From NCBI GenBank assembly GCA_964448725.1, contig CAYVAJ010000001.1:71525-135524 (forward strand): a stretch of DNA of 64,000 nucleotides, given 5' to 3'. The first letter of the stretch is position 1. Every line of letters begins with the position of its first letter. This document shows positions 48,578 through 57,337 of this stretch, piece after piece. The notes under the pieces are model-generated. The model searched no databases. It was not told the origin of the DNA and saw only the letters and a program-made list of their open reading frames with translations. The DNA comes from an uncultured Gammaproteobacteria bacterium (GTDB lineage: Bacteria; Patescibacteriota; Microgenomatia; Levybacterales; GWA1-39-11). The translations under genes and the position numbers were made by a program.

Positions 48578-51500
48578 ATGAAAGATCGATTGACACGTGT
48601 GGGTAAATCAGGCCATACTAATAATATGGAAGACAGAGGGGAAAGTCCTGTTTTAACAGAAGTAGGAAAGGCTTTAAAAGAAGCTGATGCATTTGCAGAT
48701 AAGTTCGCAAATGCTATGAAAGAACATGTACATAAAGAAGCAAAACAGCGTGCAGAGGCTGAAGCTGAAAAGAAACGCCAAAAAGATTCAGAAGAACGAA
48801 GAAAAGAAGAAGATAGAATCAGAAATGAGCTTAAAAACACAAAACATCCAGAAAGAGCAGTATCTCCAGAAGATCAAGAAAGAGAATTCAATGATCTAGT
48901 CTCTCAATTACCCAAAAAAGAGCAAGCTGCTTATCGCCAATTAATGAATGGTATGGCAGATACAACACAAAGATCAAGTTTTTTAAATTCAATTCGTGCA
49001 TTAGTAAAAGGTGAAGCATCAGGAGATGATGTTCAGGCACCAGAAGACACGCTCAAGATGAAAATTGAAGATGTAGTAGGAAATAGCTCTCTTGAGAGAT
49101 TCTTTACAAAGAGGGTAACTCCAAAAGTAGAGGAGGTAAGTAAGAAAATTTTACAACATGTAGAAGAACAAGGTGCTGATCAAGAACAGATTATTACATT
49201 ACAACGTCAAATAAAATCCGCTGTAGAGAAGGATACTTTTGAGATTAAACAGAAAGCAAAAAAAGGAGAGTGGGATAAAATACAAAAACGTCTTTCTCAA
49301 ATGCTGCAAGACCTTGAGCAAAGAGAAAAAGAATTAGTACAAGAGACAAAAGACTCTCAATCAAACGATTTAGAAACTAAAAAACACGAGAAATTGTTAC
49401 CAGAGCAAGAAAAATCTGTTGAGGTTCAGCATAAGATACAAGAGGCAACTAATCGCTTTAAAGATGGTGAAGAGAAACTTACCCAAGGTTTGCAAAATAC
49501 AGTATCAAAGTCAAAAGATCCAATAAATAGAATTTCAGAGCAAAATGTGCTGAAGAATAAAACTCCAGAAACGGTCGTTACAGAGGCAAAAGAAAGATTT
49601 AAAAATGCAGTAGGTCAAAGTGATGAGGACCGCGTATCAAAGGGAAAGCTGGAAGTATTAAGACAAGAGGTTGAGAAGAATGCAATGTTATCACCTGAAG
49701 ATCGTATTAGAAAAGCAACAGAGATTTTACGGCAAGCAAAATTACTAAATAGAGAATTACATGAAAAAGAAGCAAATGCAATTCTTGATGCACATAAAGT
49801 CGGAGAAGGAGAGACTGGACTTGATGGGAGGAAAGCAGAAATTGAGAATTTTACTTTAAGTCAGTTGCTGAGAAAAGGAAGAATTTTACGTGGTGAAGGT
49901 GGATTTGATGATTCACAGATTCGTTTGCTTATGGAACATGGGATTACAGGACCAAGAGCTTCTTCAGTGATAGAAGATCGAGCTGTTATTTCTGGAACAG
50001 AAGCTTCTTCTGCAAGTAACAGTCACACTCCAACAGCAGATGCAGTAGAAGAATATATACGTTCAATTTCAAATTCAAAAGTAGATGCGGAAGAAAAATA
50101 TACACTGTCAGTTCCAAATAAAGACGAAAAGGGATATTGGGATCCTGATACTTTACAAGATCAGAATGCTCAACTGGTAAAAGAAGTAGTGGGTAAAACG
50201 GTGCTTGATGATGTTGAAGAATGGGAAGAAGATCTGGAAACAGACAATATAAGTGAATCATATTCAGGTTACTTACATGCATCTCTTGCTGATACAGATA
50301 CCTTTAGTATCAAAAGATTTAATAACTCAATTACAAGCGAACTCTTTCGACTGCATACACTCTCTCAGAATCTTCCAATTGATATGCAACAAAATGTAGA
50401 AGACGTGATTTCAAAGCTTGGTACAAAACTCAATTCCCTAAGTATGTATCAAAATCAGCATGAGCAAATTGAACAAGAACTTTCACATTTGAAAGACGAA
50501 TATTGGATGACTGACGGATCACGTGAGGCAAAACAAAAGATTCAAGATGCAGAAAAAAGACTAAAAGAGTTGGAAACAAGATTTAAATCTAATGTCCGTC
50601 CACTTATTAATGAACTGGAGAATGTAAGTAATCAAGCACATCAACAAGTAACGCAGCGAGAGAACAGTGGTAGTGGGGATGAAAGAAATCTTGATTCCGG
50701 TAGACCAGTTGTTCCTCCTGGTGGTGGAGTTGGCCGAGGAGGGGGCGGTGGTGGAGGCCCTGAAGGAGGAGAAAATGGTGGACATTTTGGGGGTAGAAGG
50801 GAAAGAAGAATACGTGGCGGGGGTGGTGAGGCACCACCACCTCCGCCAGAGCTCGGATTACGGGGACGAGGAGAGGGAGATGAGGCTGAGGAAGATCCTC
50901 TTGGTCGATCAGTTAGATCAATTGAAGATCTAGGGCATTTTATGGAACTTGTTACGGCAGAATTTAGAGGAAAAATTATGGCCTCTCTTTATCGGGGTGA
51001 AGATGGAAGTATTATTACAGAAGAAGACTTATTAAGCGATGTAACAGATCTCAATCAACAAGAAGAAATGAAATCAAAAAATAGACTTTATGCTTTTAAA
51101 GTTGGGCAAGGAGAATATGCAATGGATTATCTAGATACAAAAGTGCCTAATAATTATAAAGTGCCAGATGATGAACGTGGAAATAGAGTGTTGATGTTAA
51201 CTGCTGAGGAAATAAAACAAATTGATTCTCGAATGATTGATCCTCAAACTGGAAGACCATGGGCGAGACATGGTGGACAAAATGCTAAAGATTATTGGGA
51301 AGCCGTTCGGATTGTACGACCTGATCAATTTATGAATTGGGTCAGAAGCTATTGGACTCTGATTCATGGTGATGATCCTGATAATCCAGTTAACTTTTTT
51401 CAAGAGATCATTGTAAATCATCCTGATCAAAGAGGTGCAGTTAATGTAGGTGTTATGCATAAAAATGCAGGGACTTATTTACGCAGCAGATTTTTAACAG

Positions 51501-53776
51501 ATCCTTCCACTGGTGAGTTACGAGTATTTAATCAGTTAAGAAATCAGATTATTAATGAGGTCTGGGTACCGTCTGGTGAACGTAATAAAGAAGTACTTTA
51601 TAAAAAAATCATGCACGCAGATGAGGAATTGCCAAAAGTGATGCGTGATCAAATCACTGCAGATAATTTGGCTGCAAAAATCTCCGCAAATGGGAAGAAT
51701 ACACTAGCAATGTTTTTCACTCTGCCAGAACATTTCCAGGACGATTTTGATTGGAGAACAGGTAAGGAAAAAACACAATCTGAACGAGCAGAGGATATTA
51801 AATTTGGAGCGGGGATACTGTTAGCATATGAAATGTACTATAACATCAGTGATATAGAAGGTATGAAGCGATTGATTGGAAATAATGCCTCATTCTTTAC
51901 TCGGGATGCCATAACAAGAGCAGTCTTAGAAGTAGCAGGTGAAGAAATGCCTGAAAAGCTTGATAAATCCCACTATGAATTTGCCACTCAATATTTAATT
52001 CAACTAAAAGATCCTGGAGCAGGGACAGTAATTGATGCAAGCTTATATGATGAAAAAGGAAAAGTGGATGAATCGAACAAAAAAAATCTTAATAAGTGGC
52101 TACAATTTATGAATCCTTATTATCCAGTTCAAAAAGATGTCAAGATGCTTGGTGTAATTCGAAAAGTAGTTGAGAATCAATTGCAGGAGATCATTGGAAT
52201 TGAAAAAGGAGCATCTGGATCAGAGCTTGCAGAGCTTCATGCATATATGCGTACCTTCCATGATGGTGTTGCAGCGCGCCACGATGTACGAATGGGCAAT
52301 CGTAATTCACAAACAAAATATGAATTTGTTGGTGCGCCAGGAGGTTATCAAGATAAACAGTTCGGTCGAGATAGAGCTGGAAATTTATATAATAAAGGAC
52401 TACTTTGGAGAACTACAGTTGGTATGTTACATGCTATGCCTACAAGAAACGGTGAAGCCGTACAAGATATATTGCATCATGCAATATCTATACAGATGAA
52501 TGCATTGCACCCATACAGAGATTTGCTGGATAGGATTAAGCGGGGAGAAGTTCCTGATTCAAGGTATGAAGAAATTAAAGAACAGATCGCAAGACGGGAA
52601 GATTTTGAAGATGATCCAGAAGCAAATGCACTGCTTGCTCAAATAAGAAAAATTGATAAAGATTATAAAAAATTGAAAGAGGACGGATTTATAAAAGATG
52701 CACAGGCAAAGAGCCATGCACGATACCGACTCATAAATGAAACACTTGAATTGCATTTACGTAAGAAGTATGAACCGTTGGCAACTGCATGGGAAACATA
52801 TAACAAAAATATTCCTAAAACAAATTCTGATTTTAATTCAGTTCTGGGAAGACTTGAATTTGATGAAGCTCAGTATACGCAGTATGGAGGAATGCATTAC
52901 TCAAATAGCACGGGACTTTTTCATATGGAAATGGAATCACAAGATCTTCCTCTTGATAAATTGAGCGGAAGAGATTATCAGGGTAGACTATTCTTTAAAA
53001 CAGAAGAATTTGGAGGATGGCTTGAGGGAATGGAAAAACGAATGAGGTACACAATTGAAACATGGCCATTACCACTGGGAGCAACTGAAAGAAGGTTAGT
53101 AAATCCTCGTACCTCAGAGCCTCCTAAGTTTGTTGAGATGCCGCTAGTTGAGTCAATATTTGGATCTTATGATTATACGGGTGCGCGGAATGGTGGAGTA
53201 ATGGAAATGGCGCAGCGTATGATTAATCGTAAGTTGAAAGATCCTATTAATTTTACTGATGGAAAAGGAAATATTGTAACGGTTATTCCAAAAGAAGAAA
53301 ATGGACAAATCGAACGAGACAAACTTGGAAATCCTATTATGATTCCTGATTATGAGTCTCCGCAGGCATTAGAACGTAGAGAAGCACTTCGTAAAATTGT
53401 GGGATATGTTGATTATGATAAAGATGAAAATGGAAGAATTATTGGTATAAATGATATTGTAAAACCTTTAGTAAATGATCCAGCAAGTTTTTTTACGAAA
53501 GCATATGTAAAAGTACGTATTGCAAATTTTATCCTAGCTCATACAGACAAATACTCACCATATGAGAAATGGACGATAAGACAACGTGAAGATTTCTTTC
53601 ATTCATTAATGTTGTCAAGTTATTTTTCAGAGATAGACATTGATGATATCAGAGAATTCTCAGATAACAAATTTTGGAAAAATTTCAGAAGAGAGGCATT
53701 GAGAGAAACCGGGTTAGGTGCAATGCAAGGAATCTTAGATGCTTTTAAGACCTTTTTTAAAGGGGCTGTGTCTTAA
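48578..53776 (+). CDS. giant hypothetical protein (1732 aa): K/E-rich coiled-coil N-terminus, Gly/Arg/Pro-rich disordered linker, large uncharacterised C-terminal region
   Basis: Uninterrupted 5.2-kb ORF. GGGVGRGGGGGGGPEGGENGG...APPPPPE linker at 50690-50900. No recognisable catalytic motif. Confidence 0.7.
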   Translation: MKDRLTRVGKSGHTNNMEDRGESPVLTEVGKALKEADAFADKFANAMKEHVHKEAKQRAEAEAEKKRQKDSEERRKEEDRIRNELKNTKHPERAVSPEDQEREFNDLVSQLPKKEQAAYRQLMNGMADTTQRSSFLNSIRALVKGEASGDDVQAPEDTLKMKIEDVVGNSSLERFFTKRVTPKVEEVSKKILQHVEEQGADQEQIITLQRQIKSAVEKDTFEIKQKAKKGEWDKIQKRLSQMLQDLEQREKELVQETKDSQSNDLETKKHEKLLPEQEKSVEVQHKIQEATNRFKDGEEKLTQGLQNTVSKSKDPINRISEQNVLKNKTPETVVTEAKERFKNAVGQSDEDRVSKGKLEVLRQEVEKNAMLSPEDRIRKATEILRQAKLLNRELHEKEANAILDAHKVGEGETGLDGRKAEIENFTLSQLLRKGRILRGEGGFDDSQIRLLMEHGITGPRASSVIEDRAVISGTEASSASNSHTPTADAVEEYIRSISNSKVDAEEKYTLSVPNKDEKGYWDPDTLQDQNAQLVKEVVGKTVLDDVEEWEEDLETDNISESYSGYLHASLADTDTFSIKRFNNSITSELFRLHTLSQNLPIDMQQNVEDVISKLGTKLNSLSMYQNQHEQIEQELSHLKDEYWMTDGSREAKQKIQDAEKRLKELETRFKSNVRPLINELENVSNQAHQQVTQRENSGSGDERNLDSGRPVVPPGGGVGRGGGGGGGPEGGENGGHFGGRRERRIRGGGGEAPPPPPELGLRGRGEGDEAEEDPLGRSVRSIEDLGHFMELVTAEFRGKIMASLYRGEDGSIITEEDLLSDVTDLNQQEEMKSKNRLYAFKVGQGEYAMDYLDTKVPNNYKVPDDERGNRVLMLTAEEIKQIDSRMIDPQTGRPWARHGGQNAKDYWEAVRIVRPDQFMNWVRSYWTLIHGDDPDNPVNFFQEIIVNHPDQRGAVNVGVMHKNAGTYLRSRFLTDPSTGELRVFNQLRNQIINEVWVPSGERNKEVLYKKIMHADEELPKVMRDQITADNLAAKISANGKNTLAMFFTLPEHFQDDFDWRTGKEKTQSERAEDIKFGAGILLAYEMYYNISDIEGMKRLIGNNASFFTRDAITRAVLEVAGEEMPEKLDKSHYEFATQYLIQLKDPGAGTVIDASLYDEKGKVDESNKKNLNKWLQFMNPYYPVQKDVKMLGVIRKVVENQLQEIIGIEKGASGSELAELHAYMRTFHDGVAARHDVRMGNRNSQTKYEFVGAPGGYQDKQFGRDRAGNLYNKGLLWRTTVGMLHAMPTRNGEAVQDILHHAISIQMNALHPYRDLLDRIKRGEVPDSRYEEIKEQIARREDFEDDPEANALLAQIRKIDKDYKKLKEDGFIKDAQAKSHARYRLINETLELHLRKKYEPLATAWETYNKNIPKTNSDFNSVLGRLEFDEAQYTQYGGMHYSNSTGLFHMEMESQDLPLDKLSGRDYQGRLFFKTEEFGGWLEGMEKRMRYTIETWPLPLGATERRLVNPRTSEPPKFVEMPLVESIFGSYDYTGARNGGVMEMAQRMINRKLKDPINFTDGKGNIVTVIPKEENGQIERDKLGNPIMIPDYESPQALERREALRKIVGYVDYDKDENGRIIGINDIVKPLVNDPASFFTKAYVKVRIANFILAHTDKYSPYEKWTIRQREDFFHSLMLSSYFSEIDIDDIREFSDNKFWKNFRREALRETGLGAMQGILDAFKTFFKGAVS

Positions 53777-53815
53777 TGTGGCAGTATGGATATTATTGCC
53801 TGTGTCTTGATTGAT

Positions 53816-55465
53816 TTAACTTCTGGGACTAGGATTTCGGAAGAGAAAGTTTCTGGCTCTTGACGTCCATTGTCCGCGTATTATATTTCCATTATTATCT
53901 CTTTGAATACGTTGATCCATACGCCGTCTTATAGGATCAGCTATAAACCCTTTACTTTCTCCAGTTCGAGGATCTCGTTCCCATGCTCGTGATGTAATAG
54001 GACTGACAGATTTGCTTACTACACTTGAACCCATGCCGAAAGCCTGTCCAATTGCTGCTTGATATTTTACTGTAGGAGCATGTAGAGCATCTTTTACGAT
54101 GTTTACAACCTCAGGAGTCATGAGAATAATTGCCAGACCAATAAGAGCACCAAAATGCGTTGGATTGATAGGATTACCGATAAGCGGCGGTGTGAAGTAA
54201 TTTGTACCACCCTGGCTGAATACTTGAACGAAAACAGACCCAAGCAAGAACATAAAAAGAGTAACAGGAAAGACTGCTATATATGAAAAAATATGTTTAA
54301 ACCAGCTTCCTGCACTGAGAGGAGAACCAGGTATGAGGCTTCCTGCGATCCAAATAGGAGCAAGCACGGTATCAATAAGAATGAAAAGATATGCTTTAAG
54401 TAATAATATCCATAATCTAAAAAGAGAGAAAAGAATTGCGACCATAATTATAAAAAAGGCAATAAATGAACCGATGTAACCCATAATGTTATTGCCAAAT
54501 AAGCCTCCAAGAGCAAGTCCTAAAGATGATCCTATAACGCCTCCTAAAATATTTCCTCCTACGGGTACTACTGATCCTAATCCGGCTCCTATAACTCCGA
54601 GAACAATAGTTGCAATTGTTTGACCAGCATTCCCTTCAAATACAGTTGCAATAATATCACCTATACTTGAAGCAGAATGTTTTGCTATACTACCAATTCC
54701 GCCTAATCCTCCAGCGGCACCAAATGGAGTAGATCCTTGGAGATTGGTGGGGTTAAGTCCTGCTATGTGGACTCCAGGTATTCCTGCAATTATTTCATAA
54801 AACATGTACATAATAAGATACATTAAATCAATCAGAAAACCTGAAATAGCAAAAGAGAATGTTACAAGTACTAAAACAATGATCGCTCGGGGAATAGCAT
54901 TTTGAATAGTCATGACAGTACGAGGATCTACTTTAAAGCGGAAAATAATACCAAATCCGATGAGCATAAAGATAATGACAAATAGTACATAAACAATATT
55001 CCGGAAAGCTACCCAGGTATTTAAGAGTGGATTGAGGCTGTTAAAGCCTATTCCAGCTTCTTGAGCATAGGTGCCTTTCGCAATACCAAAATTGGACGCA
55101 GTATATTTGATATAGCTGTCAGAATTAATCGGAATATTAAAGCTACCAGCAATCATTGCACTCATTACTCCGATTGCACCGCCTCCATTTTCTACGTAAC
55201 CAATTTTGTTAGTTTCGGGGTCTACTCCTAGACATTTGCCAGTAGGGTTAATCGGGTCTATGCCAGCAAGATGACAGGTCATGGCTGCCATGATTTCAAT
55301 GAGGACAATTTGCGTGCGTGTTCCCATATCTAAAGGAACATCTGCATTTGTCCGTGCAGGGATTTGTGGAGGAGGCTGTGTTGCAGGTGTCTGAGCAAAT
55401 GCAGAGTATGCGGTAAAATTCAGAAAAATAGCGACGAAGAATAGGACAGAAAACAGGCGTTTCAT
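53816..55465 (-). CDS. polytopic Gly-rich membrane protein with signal peptide (VirB6/TrbL-like candidate)
   Basis: MKRLFSVLFFVAIFLNFTAYSAFAQ signal peptide; 8 or more predicted TM helices with G-rich loops. Confidence 0.45.
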   Translation of the reverse strand: MKRLFSVLFFVAIFLNFTAYSAFAQTPATQPPPQIPARTNADVPLDMGTRTQIVLIEIMAAMTCHLAGIDPINPTGKCLGVDPETNKIGYVENGGGAIGVMSAMIAGSFNIPINSDSYIKYTASNFGIAKGTYAQEAGIGFNSLNPLLNTWVAFRNIVYVLFVIIFMLIGFGIIFRFKVDPRTVMTIQNAIPRAIIVLVLVTFSFAISGFLIDLMYLIMYMFYEIIAGIPGVHIAGLNPTNLQGSTPFGAAGGLGGIGSIAKHSASSIGDIIATVFEGNAGQTIATIVLGVIGAGLGSVVPVGGNILGGVIGSSLGLALGGLFGNNIMGYIGSFIAFFIIMVAILFSLFRLWILLLKAYLFILIDTVLAPIWIAGSLIPGSPLSAGSWFKHIFSYIAVFPVTLFMFLLGSVFVQVFSQGGTNYFTPPLIGNPINPTHFGALIGLAIILMTPEVVNIVKDALHAPTVKYQAAIGQAFGMGSSVVSKSVSPITSRAWERDPRTGESKGFIADPIRRRMDQRIQRDNNGNIIRGQWTSRARNFLFRNPSPRS

Positions 55466-55529
55466 AGGTAATTTTAGTATGGCGTAAAGTTTGACAAAAA
55501 GTCAAACAAAGCGTTTAGTAAATAAGTGT

Positions 55530-55895
55530 TTAGCGTTTAGATTTAAGCTTAAGAATAATTGAATGGAGCATTTTTGACGTTTCATCTATAAGACCTTCTA
55601 GTTTTTTTGTGTCATTTGGAGTAATAAATACAAGCCTCTTAGCAATGATTAAATGTGTCTCTAATTCTAAAGCAGATCCATATGCTATTGAGTAAAACTG
55701 ATGATATTCTTTGACAGATTTTCTGCCATATCCTTCAGCAATATTGGCTGGGATTGATATTGCTGCTCTTCGCATTTGACTTACTAAATTATATAATTCT
55801 GTTTTCGGAAATCTACTTGTTACCTTATATACTTCTTCAACTAGTTCAATTGCTCTTTGCCATACAATCAGTTCTTTATATGTGTTTATTTGCAT
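55530..55895 (-). CDS. four-helix-bundle protein (23S rRNA IVS protein / Avd-like family), paralog
   Basis: MRRAAISIPANIAEGYGRKSVKEYHQFYSIAYGSALELETHL is the family signature. Confidence 0.75.
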   Translation of the reverse strand: MQINTYKELIVWQRAIELVEEVYKVTSRFPKTELYNLVSQMRRAAISIPANIAEGYGRKSVKEYHQFYSIAYGSALELETHLIIAKRLVFITPNDTKKLEGLIDETSKMLHSIILKLKSKR

Positions 55896-55998
55896 TGTAT
55901 TACTAAACGCTAGGTTCTTATTTTTACTATACGCTTTGCATAGATTGTTGACAACAATCTATGCTCTCGGTATGATTAGGCAAAGCGATGCAAGGAGT

Positions 55999-56568
55999 AT
56001 GAAAGGATTTATTGGACTGGTATTATTAATGTGTCTCCTCTTTACTACTGTATCTGTCTCTGCTCAAACAATTACTCTCCCTGCAACTGATAGTGCTGCT
56101 ATGGCAAGTGCTCCTGCACAGATCCACTATGACTTACCGTATCCAGGAATTCTACCTGATCATCCTCTGTACTTTTTAAAAGTTATGCGTGATAGGTTAG
56201 TTGGTTTTTTGATAAGTGACCCAGTGAAAAAAGCTGAGTTTAATCTACTGCAATCTGACAAAAAGCTTTTTGCTGCGCGTATGCTGTTTGAAGATGATAA
56301 GGATGAACTGGCTTTAGAAACATTATCGAAAAGTAATAACTATATGCATAATGCTATCTCTGCTGCCAATCGGGCAGAAGAAGCTGGTCGTGATCCAAGT
56401 AGTGTAGTGCAGAAAATTAAAACATCAATTGCAAAACATAAGCAAGCAATTGAAGAAGTTATTAATACAGACACTCCAGTTACCAATCAGCTCACCGGTG
56501 AACTAAAGCGACTAAAAGAAATAGAGAAATTTTACTTCCAACATTTTCCTCAAAAAAGTAACGAGTAG
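55999..56568 (+). CDS. DUF5667-like secreted protein
   Basis: Signal peptide MKGFIGLVLLMCLLFTTVSVSAQ; the DLPYPGILPDHPLYFLK motif is typical of DUF5667. Start re-placed at ATG 55999. Confidence 0.45.
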   Translation: MKGFIGLVLLMCLLFTTVSVSAQTITLPATDSAAMASAPAQIHYDLPYPGILPDHPLYFLKVMRDRLVGFLISDPVKKAEFNLLQSDKKLFAARMLFEDDKDELALETLSKSNNYMHNAISAANRAEEAGRDPSSVVQKIKTSIAKHKQAIEEVINTDTPVTNQLTGELKRLKEIEKFYFQHFPQKSNE

Positions 56569-56873
56569 TACACAATACAACTTATTTTCACGTCATAAGT
56601 TTTTCTTACAAATCTATTTGAAGCTAAGACGTTTTCCTATAGTAAAATGATATAGTTTGATCAATTGACACTGGGAGATATAGTGGTCTATATTGATATC
56701 TGCCACTAGATGTGGAGGAGAATTGAAGCTTACGACATAAATCTTGTAAGTTCTTCAAATTGCACATTTATACTTTTCAGTTTGAAGTTTTAAGTTTTCA
56801 ATATTATTTCATTAAATCGTAAATCATTGAGAATTTATTAAAAATCGAGAATTGAAAATTGAAATTTGTAACC

Positions 56874-57329
56874 ATGCGCTGTCCGTATTGCAATCATACC
56901 GGTTCTGAAGTAGTTGAGACTCGGGTAGGAGAAGAAGGATCAAATATCCGCAGAAGACGGTTATGTTCTGATTGTAATAAGCGATTTACAACATATGAGC
57001 GAATTGAGGGAGTTACCCTTATCGTTCGTAAACGTGATGGAAAGCGTGAGCAATTTAGTCGTGACAAATTAAAAATTGGATTGATTAAATCCTGTGAGAA
57101 AACAACTGTATCATTGCAGGAAATAGAAGAGGTTGTTGCCAGTATTGAAAGAGAGTTGCGTTGTGGAGATTCTTTAGAGGTAGAAAGTGAAAGAATCGGT
57201 AAAATGGTTGCTGATCAACTAAAGGAAAAGAATAAGCTTGCGTATATTCGATTTGCTAGTGTATTTAAGCATTTTGTAGATATTGAGGATGTAGCTCAAG
57301 AATTAAAAGTGCTAAATAAGAAAAATTAA
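56874..57329 (+). CDS. nrdR: transcriptional repressor NrdR
   Basis: MRCPYCN...CSDCNKRFTTYERIE zinc ribbon plus an ATP-cone domain. The track starts at an upstream TTG; ATG 56874 is chosen. Confidence 0.9.
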   Translation: MRCPYCNHTGSEVVETRVGEEGSNIRRRRLCSDCNKRFTTYERIEGVTLIVRKRDGKREQFSRDKLKIGLIKSCEKTTVSLQEIEEVVASIERELRCGDSLEVESERIGKMVADQLKEKNKLAYIRFASVFKHFVDIEDVAQELKVLNKKN

Positions 57330-57337
57330 AAATTACT

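Noticed and set aside
48095-55895. Diversity-generating retroelement (Avd-like four-helix-bundle genes)
   Set aside because: Avd homologs are present, but no reverse transcriptase ORF (no YxDD motif) and no template/variable repeat pair could be found in the window.
56569-56873. NrdR box upstream of nrdR-nrdJ
   Set aside because: The region is full of TTGAA/AAATT repeats, but no convincing 16-bp NrdR-box palindrome could be aligned by eye.
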